NCBI GenBank assembly: GCA_000830275.1 | Contig: CP010424.1 | Location: 900,001-932,000 of the forward strand | Direction of reading: 5' to 3' | From: an archaeon GW2011_AR10 | Lineage (GTDB): Archaea > Iainarchaeota > Iainarchaeia > Iainarchaeales > GW2011-AR10 | Length of the DNA: 32,000 nucleotides | Shown here: piece after piece, positions 7,585-14,683 of the stretch | Position numbering within the stretch: position 1 is the first letter of the stretch | Layout of the letters: every line of letters begins with the position of its first letter | The notes under the pieces: model-generated | Database searches by the model: none | What the model was told of the DNA's origin: nothing | What the model saw: only the letters and a program-made list of their open reading frames with translations | Program-made: the position numbers and the translations under genes

Positions 7585-8160
7585 TTGGTGAAGAAAAAGG
7601 TTTCAAAAGCAAAAACAAAACCAAGGAAAAGCAAGCGAGCAAAAAAGGCAGCAAAGCGGCTTGAGAGCACGCAGGAGAAGCCAGTGCAGCAGGCAAGCCA
7701 AATAACTGAACATGCTGGAGAAGAATCCGAGGGCGAAATTTTCAGGGTTAGGGGTTTTACCGAATCAGCCAAAAAAGTGGAACAGCTGAAAGGCGTTCCA
7801 GTTGAATTAAAAGAACACAAAATTGTAACGGCTTTTGACCAAGTGTATGATTTAGTCAAGAAAACAAAGCGGATTAAGCTTGGCTCAATTGCAAAGGAGC
7901 TGGGCTTGAGCAGGAAAGCCGTGGAGGACTGCACTAAAATCCTGGAGGACGAAAACTTGGTGGAAGTGGAGTACCCTGCAATTGGAGATCCATTGATTGA
8001 AATAGTTGAGTACAGGGAGTGGAAAAAACAGCACGATTTAGAGGAAGAAGAGACGAAAAAACTTGGAAAAGAAAAAGAAATCCTGAGAAAGCAGAAGGAA
8101 CAGGAATTGCAAAAGCTTAAGAAGAAAAAGTGGGTTCCTTTTATCGGGAAAAAGAAGTGA
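7585..8160 (+). CDS. Basic-tailed winged-helix (wHTH)-like protein, stand-alone homologue of the N-terminal extension of ATPase 29680..31560
   Basis: 191-aa ORF with a Lys/Arg-rich N-terminus (VKKKVSKAKTKPRKSKRAKKAAKR). The segment KIVTAFDQVYDLVKKTKRIKLGSIAKELGLSRKAVEDCTKILEDENLVEVEYP (~7819-7977) aligns by eye with IEELMTIVVQKKKASVKEIASSLGWSQKQVEEVAKVLEKQGVVDVVYP of the second ATPase. The tail is E/K-rich. Confidence 0.75.
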   Translation: MVKKKVSKAKTKPRKSKRAKKAAKRLESTQEKPVQQASQITEHAGEESEGEIFRVRGFTESAKKVEQLKGVPVELKEHKIVTAFDQVYDLVKKTKRIKLGSIAKELGLSRKAVEDCTKILEDENLVEVEYPAIGDPLIEIVEYREWKKQHDLEEEETKKLGKEKEILRKQKEQELQKLKKKKWVPFIGKKK

Positions 8161-8164
8161 AGTT

Positions 8165-9673
8165 ATGGCGGACAAGCTGTTAAAGGAGTACAAGGTTGAA
8201 GCAGACAAGGTTGAAGTAAGCGTTAAAATTGCTGAACGGGAAGGCGAGTTTGTCAGAAGCTATTTGCTTGACATCCCGCAGTATGGAAGAGGCACTGAAG
8301 CACTGCTTGACTCAATGAAGAGAACACTTATTGCTGACACCACCCTGAAAGCCGACAAAATGCTTGACACGCAGTTCATTGGAGAAATTAAGAAAAAGTT
8401 CAGGGAAAAATCAGAGGTCATTCTCGAGAAAACCCTTTCAGGCGTTACAGCAGAGGACAGGGGAGCATTGATTGGAATTCTCATCCAAGAAATGCTTGGC
8501 CTGGGAAAAATCGAATTTTTGCTGGCTGACGGAAACCTTGAAGAAATTGTGGTGAATTCCGCAAAGGAGCCAATATGGGTTTACCATAAGGAATTTGGAT
8601 GGCTTAAGACAAACATTTCAGTTGAAAGCGAAACTGAAACGCAGAACTATGCAAGCATTATTGCGAGAAGGGTTGGAAAACAGATAACAGTGCTTGACCC
8701 GCTGCTTGACGCGCACCTAATAACAGGGGACAGGGCAAATGCAACTTTGTTCCCGATAAGCGGGAGAGGCAACACCATTACAATCAGGCGTTTTCGAAGG
8801 GACCCTTGGACGGTTACAGACTTAATTAAAAACAAGACAACAAGCAGCGAAGTAATGGCCCTTATTTGGATGGGAATGCAGTACGAGCTAAACCTGATTT
8901 TAAGCGGCGGCACTGGCAGCGGGAAAACATCTTTCCTGAATGTTTGCCTGCCGTTCATTCAGCCAAACCACCGAATATTGTCTATTGAAGACACGAGGGA
9001 ACTTTCGCTGCCATCTTTCCTTCACTGGATTCCAATGACAACAAGGGAACCTAACCCTGAAGGGAAAGGGGCTGTGGAAATGCTGGACTTGCTGGTTAAC
9101 AGCTTGAGGATGAGGCCGGACAGAATAATTGTGGGTGAAGTTAGGAGGCAGCGGGAAGCAGAAGTTATGTTTGAGGCAATGCACACAGGGCACTCTGTTT
9201 ACACAACACTGCACGCAAACACTGCTGATGAAACAATAAGGAGGCTTGTCAACCCGCCAATTGAAGTGCCGACAACGATGCTGGAAGCAGTGCACTTGAA
9301 TGTTGTAATGTTCAGGAACAGGAAAATCGGGGTTAGAAGAGTGCTTGAAATAGCAGAATTTATTCCAGAGAAAAGAGGAGAAAGGCAGTCAATCAGGGCG
9401 AACGTGTTATACAGGTGGAAGCCGGCTGCTGACGCAATTGAAAAGTCAGCTGAAAGCATCAGGCTGTTTGATGAGCTTTCCCTTCACACTGGCCTGACAA
9501 TTGATGAAATGAGGAAAGAGCTTTACACAAAGCAAAATATTCTGGAGTGGATGGTGCAAAACAACATAAGAGAAGTTGAAAGCGTTGGAAAAATCATGGC
9601 AAAATACTACGTTGAACCAGAAGAAGTTGAAAAGGCAATTTCCAAAAACAAGGTTCCTGAGTGGTTTGGTTGA
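8165..9673 (+). CDS. Type II/IV secretion-family assembly ATPase (archaeal FlaI/PilB/TadA-like)
   Basis: 502-aa ORF. Walker A GGTGSGKT at 8906-8929, Asp box SIEDTRE, Walker B RPDRIIVGEVR, His box HTGHSVYTTLHA. Confidence 0.95.
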   Translation: MADKLLKEYKVEADKVEVSVKIAEREGEFVRSYLLDIPQYGRGTEALLDSMKRTLIADTTLKADKMLDTQFIGEIKKKFREKSEVILEKTLSGVTAEDRGALIGILIQEMLGLGKIEFLLADGNLEEIVVNSAKEPIWVYHKEFGWLKTNISVESETETQNYASIIARRVGKQITVLDPLLDAHLITGDRANATLFPISGRGNTITIRRFRRDPWTVTDLIKNKTTSSEVMALIWMGMQYELNLILSGGTGSGKTSFLNVCLPFIQPNHRILSIEDTRELSLPSFLHWIPMTTREPNPEGKGAVEMLDLLVNSLRMRPDRIIVGEVRRQREAEVMFEAMHTGHSVYTTLHANTADETIRRLVNPPIEVPTTMLEAVHLNVVMFRNRKIGVRRVLEIAEFIPEKRGERQSIRANVLYRWKPAADAIEKSAESIRLFDELSLHTGLTIDEMRKELYTKQNILEWMVQNNIREVESVGKIMAKYYVEPEEVEKAISKNKVPEWFG

Positions 9674-10560
9674 AAACTGTTACAATTCCGTTCAGCCCTT
9701 TCCCTTTCCCTGTTCTGCTCGGCATAAGCAGCCACTTGAAGGGCATTGGTTCAAAAATATCAAACATGTTCCCTTACTTGGAGCTGGAATTAAGGCAGGC
9801 TGAAATTGATTTAAGCGCTGAAGAGTACGGTTCCGTAATGTTTTTTTTGTTCGCTTTTTATTTCTCGGTTTTTTCCAGCATAGTTTACCTTTTCATGTTA
9901 AAGCTTTCGCCTCCAAATGCCCTGATTGCAGCCTTAACCTTTGGCGGGCTTTTTTCGCTGATGGTTTTCGTGCAGTTAAGCGTTTACCCTAAAATCAAGG
10001 TGAAGAGAAAAGTAAGGGACCTTGACAGGAACCTCATTTTTGCCCTTAGGACAATACTAATTGAAATAAAATCCGGCGTTTCCCTTTTTGACTCGATTGG
10101 GTTGATTGCACAAGGAGAATTTGGCTCTGTAAGCAAGGAATTCAGGAATGCATTGGAGAAAATAAATTCCGGCACCCTTGAAGAAGCAGCGCTGGAAGAA
10201 ATCGCAACATACAACCCATCTCTTTTTTTCCGCAGGACAATATGGCAGCTAGTGAACGGATTAAAGGCAGGGGCAGAGGTAAGCGTTGTGATGAAGTCGC
10301 TGGTTGAAACTCTTTCCAAGGAACAGAGAAACCAAATAAGAAAATACGGTTCCTCACTCAGGCTGCTTTCACTAATGTACATGATGCTCGGCATAATTGT
10401 GCCTGCATTGGGCCTGACTTTCCTAATAATCCTTGGTTCTTTTCCGCAGATTTCAATTGAGGAATGGATGTTCTGGGGCCTGCTGGTGTTCGTGGCAATA
10501 GGCCAGTTCATGTATCTTGGCATACTTAAGACGAACAGGCCGAGCCTGCTGGGTGGTTGA
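9661..10560 (+). CDS. FlaJ/TadB-like polytopic membrane protein (single T2SS-F-type domain)
   Basis: 299-aa ORF. GTG at 9661 overlaps the ATPase stop. The N-terminal region is conserved with paralogue 28796..29683, which supports the long start. Cytoplasmic helical domain ALRTILIEIKSGVSLFDSI..FRNALEKINSGTLEEAALEEIA..LVNGLKAGAEVSVVMKSL is flanked by TM helices. Confidence 0.85.
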   Translation: MVWLKTVTIPFSPFPFPVLLGISSHLKGIGSKISNMFPYLELELRQAEIDLSAEEYGSVMFFLFAFYFSVFSSIVYLFMLKLSPPNALIAALTFGGLFSLMVFVQLSVYPKIKVKRKVRDLDRNLIFALRTILIEIKSGVSLFDSIGLIAQGEFGSVSKEFRNALEKINSGTLEEAALEEIATYNPSLFFRRTIWQLVNGLKAGAEVSVVMKSLVETLSKEQRNQIRKYGSSLRLLSLMYMMLGIIVPALGLTFLIILGSFPQISIEEWMFWGLLVFVAIGQFMYLGILKTNRPSLLGG

Positions 10561-11562
10561 ATGGGAATTTACTCCAGAGTTTCAGGGATGCTGCCAAAAA
10601 GCATTACAAGAGCATTCAAAAGGCAGCTTGACTATTTGGGCATTGAAATAGGGGAGAAACGGGTTGTAGGGTTTCTTTTCCTTTACGGTTTCCTGCTTAG
10701 TTTGGGGCTTGCATTCAACATTTCGTTCATGTTTGGAATCAACGCCTTATTCACCTTTGCTTTCTTTTTCGGTTTGTTTGTCGGGGGAACTTATCTCTGG
10801 CTGAATGTCACTGCTGAAAGCAAGGGAAGGTTTGTTGAAACAATTCTTCCTGATGCACTGCAATTGGTTGCATCAAACGTCAAGGCAGGCCTGACAACTG
10901 AAAGGGCACTGCTTGTTTCAGCAAGGCCGGAATTCGGGCCATTAGAGAAAGAGCTTAGGAAAGCAGCGAAAAGGATTTCGGCAGGAGAAACAGTGGTTGA
11001 AGCGCTTGCAGGAATTTCTGAGAAAATAAAGTCAAAAACACTGGAGAAAACGATTTGGCTGATAAGCGAGGGCATTAGAAGCGGCGGGGAAATAGCTGAT
11101 TTGCTCATTGAACTGGCGGATGACTTGCGGGAACAGCAGGCGCTGGAAGCGGAAACAGCTGCAAACATTTCAATGTACATTCTCCTGATTTTTTTCTCGG
11201 CTGCAATTGGAGCGCCAATGCTGTTCGGGATAAGCAGCTTCATTGTGCAGATTCTTGCAGTCCAATCAGCCAGCACAGCTTCACTGGAGGTTGGCGAAGC
11301 AGCAAACATCCCGGCAAACATTCAGGGGGTTACGGCAATGATAACAGGAAAAGGCAATGCTTTGTCGCCTGATTTCATCATTTTCTTTACAATGATTTCA
11401 CTTGTCATTACTTCAATCTTTGCTTCACTCACAATTGGAGTAATAAACAACGGCTCAGAAAAATCAGGGGTGAAATTCATTCCAGCAATTCTGTTCGTTT
11501 CATTCAGCCTCTTCTTCATAATCAGGATAGTGCTCACAACACTGTTCGGATCGCTACTGTAA
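10561..11562 (+). CDS. FlaJ/TadC-like polytopic membrane protein (single T2SS-F-type domain)
   Basis: 333-aa ORF with its ATG immediately after the upstream TGA. Domain LPDALQLVASNVKAGLTTERALLVSA..LRKAAKRISAGETVVEAL..ISEGIRSGGEIADLLIELADDL is flanked by TM helices. Paralogue of 27777..28796. Confidence 0.9.
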   Translation: MGIYSRVSGMLPKSITRAFKRQLDYLGIEIGEKRVVGFLFLYGFLLSLGLAFNISFMFGINALFTFAFFFGLFVGGTYLWLNVTAESKGRFVETILPDALQLVASNVKAGLTTERALLVSARPEFGPLEKELRKAAKRISAGETVVEALAGISEKIKSKTLEKTIWLISEGIRSGGEIADLLIELADDLREQQALEAETAANISMYILLIFFSAAIGAPMLFGISSFIVQILAVQSASTASLEVGEAANIPANIQGVTAMITGKGNALSPDFIIFFTMISLVITSIFASLTIGVINNGSEKSGVKFIPAILFVSFSLFFIIRIVLTTLFGSLL

Positions 11563-11563
11563 A

Positions 11564-11592
11564 TCAAAAGAAAAAAAAAGAAAAGAAAGAAG
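11564..11592 (-). terminator. Oligo-T tract (minus strand) just downstream of the pilin gene
   Basis: The plus strand reads tcaaaagaaaaaaaaagaaaagaaagaa, so the minus strand carries long T runs beginning about 13 nt after the pilin stop (11605-11607). Archaeal termination typically uses oligo-T. Confidence 0.4.
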
Positions 11593-11604
11593 GAGCTAAT
11601 AGGC

Positions 11605-12018
11605 TTAAGAAACTGAACCGCTGCAAGTAGTTAACTCTGTCTTGGCTAAACCGCTGCCGGAAGTGTATGCTACTGTAACTGTTTCATTGATGTTTCCGGT
11701 CAAAGCACAGCCTGTGACTGTGAAAGTGTTTTCATCGGTTGCTCCAAGAGCAGGTGAAGTTGCATTGGTTGTACACAAAGGCGTAGAAACTGTTATGTTG
11801 GTAATTCCATCACCAGTTCCATTCTGCAGTGCTAACTGAACTTGCGTGGGAGTGCCTGCATAATCCTTTAACAACAAGCTTCCAGACATTGGCGAACACT
11901 TGAATGGCGTGCTGAATAGGCCGAATGCAAACAGGGCCGCAACAACAACAACTATTACAACCAGTGCCCAGCCGTAAGTCATTAGGTACTCCAAAGCAGA
12001 TTGACCTCTTTTGTCCAT
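11605..12018 (-). CDS. Archaeal type IV pilin (class III signal peptide), candidate major pilin of module 1
   Basis: 137-aa ORF. N-terminus MDKRG|QSALEYLMTYGWALVVIVVVVAALFAFGLF is the canonical archaeal prepilin Q.S.EYL motif. The body is Thr/Gly/Ser-rich. GGAGGT lies upstream at 12024-12029 (minus strand). Confidence 0.9.
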   Translation of the reverse strand: MDKRGQSALEYLMTYGWALVVIVVVVAALFAFGLFSTPFKCSPMSGSLLLKDYAGTPTQVQLALQNGTGDGITNITVSTPLCTTNATSPALGATDENTFTVTGCALTGNINETVTVAYTSGSGLAKTELTTCSGSVS

Positions 12019-12194
12019 CGTTTACCTCCTTTCAGATTTTATAATAAAAAATAATGCCTCCCGCCAACAATTTTTGCCGAGAGTTTACTCTTACAATACA
12101 AGTTATTAGTAATATTTAAAGGTTGTGGTGGAAAATATGCTGCGTAATTTACAAAAAAAATAGTTTTATTAAGGGGTTTTCCGATATATTGTCT

Positions 12195-12338
12195 ATGGCT
12201 TCTTCTAAAACGGTTGCTATTCCAAAAGAAGAGTATTTGCGCTTGAAAAGGCACGAGCAAATAGATGTTGAGCTTTTAAAGAGCCTTGTAAGAAGTTTAG
12301 AGGACATTAAAGCCGGCAGAGTAATAAGAGTAAGATAG
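12195..12338 (+). CDS. Small antitoxin-like protein
   Basis: ATG at 12195 inside track ORF 12123..12338. Product MASSKTVAIPKEEYLRLKRHEQIDVELLKSLVRSLEDIKAGRVIRVR (47 aa). Ends in TAG at 12336-12338. Its position upstream of a RelE-like gene and the ..DIKAGR.. tail are typical of small archaeal antitoxins. Confidence 0.55.
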   Translation: MASSKTVAIPKEEYLRLKRHEQIDVELLKSLVRSLEDIKAGRVIRVR

Positions 12339-12349
12339 GGGTGTGAAGA

Positions 12350-12532
12350 GTGGCTGAAGCAACATTAAAGCAAATTTACTCAAAACTAAATGAGATTGAC
12401 CAAAAAGTTAATTCGTTGCTCGTGAAGGAAGAAAAACCAACTAAAAGTGAATTGAAAGCAATCAGAGCCGGCAAAAAACAGTTTGCACAGGGAACATTTC
12501 GTTCCTGGGATGAAATTAAAAAGACTATTTGA
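12350..12532 (+). CDS. Second small antitoxin-like protein
   Basis: 60-aa ORF with a GTG start. The tail ..LKAIRAGKKQFAQGTFRSWDEIKK resembles the ..DIKAGR.. tail of the preceding gene. It ends 12 nt before the toxin reading frame. Confidence 0.5.
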   Translation: MAEATLKQIYSKLNEIDQKVNSLLVKEEKPTKSELKAIRAGKKQFAQGTFRSWDEIKKTI

Positions 12533-12543
12533 AGTGACAAATT

Positions 12544-12816
12544 TTGGCTGAGTTTAAGGTTTTTCTCTCAAATAATGCTGAGAAAGGTTTGAGAGATGCA
12601 TAGCCAAAACCAAGAATGCGCATGAAAGAAGCAATTGAATTGCTGAAAACAAATCCTGTTCCAACACAATATTTTGACGTAACAAAAATTTCTGGAAGTT
12701 CATCAAACTACCGCATCAGAATTGGACAATATAGAATTTTGTACATAGTTCTATGGCAGGAAAAAATAATCAAAGTGTTCGACATTGACAGAAGAGATGA
12801 AAACACTTACAGTTAA
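12544..12816 (+). pseudogene. RelE/ParE-family toxin interrupted by an in-frame TAG at 12601-12603
   Basis: Manual translation from TTG 12544 gives (M)AEFKVFLSNNAEKGLRDA*PKPRMRMKEAIELLKTNPVPTQYFDVTKISGSSSNYRIRIGQYRILYIVLWQEKIIKVFDIDRRDENTYS. This matches the RelE/ParE layout (F.V.LS..AEK.L..LPK..R.RI.EAIE.L..NP.P....K..G....YRIR.G.YRI.Y.V) across the stop. The track only reports the 66-aa remnant 12616..12816. Confidence 0.7.
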
Positions 12817-12844
12817 CAGCGGTATAAAGAATTTGCGAAAGCTT

Positions 12845-13327
12845 TTATTGCCCGATTTTGGTTTTAAGCATTTTTTCAACGGGCTTTGGGACAAACCCGG
12901 AAACGTTTCCGCCCAAAGAAACGATTTTTTTTACAACGCTTGAACTGATGTAAAAGTGGTCCTCGTTGGTCATAACAAAAACCGTTTCAAGGCCAGGGGA
13001 AAGCTTCCTGTTCACAATTGCCTGCTGGAATTCAGCAGAAAAATCGCTCATTTCCCTTAAGCCGCGCAGAATCAAGCCACAGTTTTCTTTTTTCGCAAAA
13101 TCAACAAGCAGGCCGGAAAAGGACTTCACTTTAATGCTGCCAAGGCCCTTAACGGTTTCCTCTATCAGTTCAACCCTTTCCTTGGCAGAAAAAAATGTTT
13201 CTTTATGCGGGTTTGCTGCAACCGCAACAATGAGTTCGTCAAACAGTTTGCTGCCGCGCTCAATAACATCCAAATGCCCAAAGGTTATTGGGTCAAAAGT
13301 GCCGGGATAAATTGCTTTACGGGGCAT
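12845..13327 (-). CDS. coaD: Phosphopantetheine adenylyltransferase, bacterial type
   Basis: 160-aa ORF. AIYPGTFDPITFGHLDVIERG (T/HxGH nucleotidyltransferase motif), ..RGLR..SDF..EFQ....NR.L....ETVF.MT......ISSS.VK. Collinear with bacterial CoaD along its full length. Confidence 0.95.
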   Translation of the reverse strand: MPRKAIYPGTFDPITFGHLDVIERGSKLFDELIVAVAANPHKETFFSAKERVELIEETVKGLGSIKVKSFSGLLVDFAKKENCGLILRGLREMSDFSAEFQQAIVNRKLSPGLETVFVMTNEDHFYISSSVVKKIVSLGGNVSGFVPKPVEKMLKTKIGQ

Positions 13328-13916
13328 TGCCTAAAATCTCCTTGAAAACTTTTTCTGTCAGCTTCCTTGTTCTGGCAGCAGAACCACTATTATCAATTGC
13401 AAAGTCAGCCATTTTAACCTTTTGGCTTAAAGGAATCTGCGCCGAAATCCTTGCGAGAGCTTCCCTCCTAGAAAGGTTCCTCTCCCGCAGCCTTTGAAGC
13501 TGCTGTTCTTTGGAACAGTAAACTACAACTGTTTTTTTCAACAAAGGCAGCGCTTTTCTTGACTCAAAAAGCAGCGGCACCACAACAACAATCAGGCGTT
13601 GGTTCTTTTTCTTTAACGCGGACAACTGATTATTAATTTCCAAGAAAACTAATGGATGCACTAAGCGGTTTAGTTTTCTGAGTTCAGCGCGGTTTGAGAA
13701 AACAATTTGCGCGAGCTTTTCCCTGTTTATTTTTCCTGATTTGGTCAGAATTTCTTTTCCAAAATTTTTTGAAAGCAAGCGCCTGACTCTTTGCTTTTTG
13801 TAGAGCGCTGAAACAATTTTGTCCGCGTCAATTATTTTTGCGCCAAGCTCCCGAAATTGCTTTGCAGCAAGCGATTTGCCGGAAGCAATTCCTCCAGTCA
13901 AGCCGACAACAACCAT
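13317..13916 (-). CDS. coaE: Dephospho-CoA kinase, bacterial type
   Basis: 199-aa ORF. P-loop VGLTGGIASGKS followed by IIDADKI. Typical CoaE length. Its 3-prime end overlaps the coaD start by 11 nt. Confidence 0.92.
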   Translation of the reverse strand: MVVVGLTGGIASGKSLAAKQFRELGAKIIDADKIVSALYKKQRVRRLLSKNFGKEILTKSGKINREKLAQIVFSNRAELRKLNRLVHPLVFLEINNQLSALKKKNQRLIVVVVPLLFESRKALPLLKKTVVVYCSKEQQLQRLRERNLSRREALARISAQIPLSQKVKMADFAIDNSGSAARTRKLTEKVFKEILGNAP

Positions 13917-14043
13917 AACAGAATTGCTTCAAAAAACAATAAAAAATGCTGGTTTTGAAAGGCAGGGCAAGAAAGAAAACCGATTCTGAAAAATGGAATG
14001 GCCGCAGTTATTCTTAAATACACGGCCAAAGAATAGTATTATT

Positions 14044-14190
14044 ATGTTCCAGAAAACTGTTGAACGGGAAAAGCCTTATTCTAAGACAGACATAGCCGAA
14101 TTGAAGAAAATTGGCAGAGAGATAAAGGAAGCAAAGAAAAATCCAGAGTATAGGCGGGCTATTGATAATTTCATAAAAGCCACTACTTAA
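14044..14190 (+). CDS. Small hypothetical protein (48 aa)
   Basis: ATG at 14044 within track ORF 13993..14190. A TATA-like ttcttaaata at 14011-14020 would place a transcript start near this ATG. The product is a charged helical peptide, MFQKTVEREKPYSKTDIAELKKIGREIKEAKKNPEYRRAIDNFIKATT. No recognisable family. Confidence 0.3.
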   Translation: MFQKTVEREKPYSKTDIAELKKIGREIKEAKKNPEYRRAIDNFIKATT

Positions 14191-14683
14191 GCAGTTTTTT
14201 GAATTGTTCTAATAAAAAGCAGGCAATTTTCATCACCCAAAAATTAGACAAGGTTTTAAACCGCAACAAATAAATACTTCCCAAGCCTTTACTTTTTCAT
14301 GCCCAGAAAAATCAGAAAAGCTGCCAAAACAGTTGCCAATGCAGCGAGAAGAACAAGGCTTTTTAATCGGAGGAAAACTGGGAGAAGGCAGGGAAAAGAA
14401 ACAAGGCTTGAGATGCCTCCAAGTTTTAAGGAAAGACACGGTTTTCTGAACTTGGACCTGAAAACAGTTGGAAATCTCCATAGAAAAGGAAGAAAGGCGA
14501 TCGGGGACAGCCCCACTTGGGGAGGCCCTCAAGGAGTAATATTTGCGGATTTGCGAGCAGGCAAAGAGCGCAGAAAAAACCAGTCTCCAAAGAAAAAAAC
14601 ACAAAAGTAGTTTTTTAATTGCTTTTAATTCAATTTCTTTCATGCCAAAGGCAAATTTTCGCAAACCTTTTTCTAAAAGGTTT

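Noticed and set aside
12123-12194. The long 5-prime extension of ORF 12123..12338 (MWWKICCVIYKKNSFIKGFSDILS...)
   Set aside because: The extension runs through the AT-rich divergent promoter region and has an implausible composition. ATG 12195 gives a typical 47-aa antitoxin-sized product.
12601-12603. TAG in the RelE-like frame as a recoded sense codon (for example pyrrolysine or code reassignment)
   Set aside because: TAG terminates at least three other well-delimited genes in this window (ends at 12338, 25376 and 28796), and no Pyl machinery is visible. Nonsense inactivation is the simpler reading.
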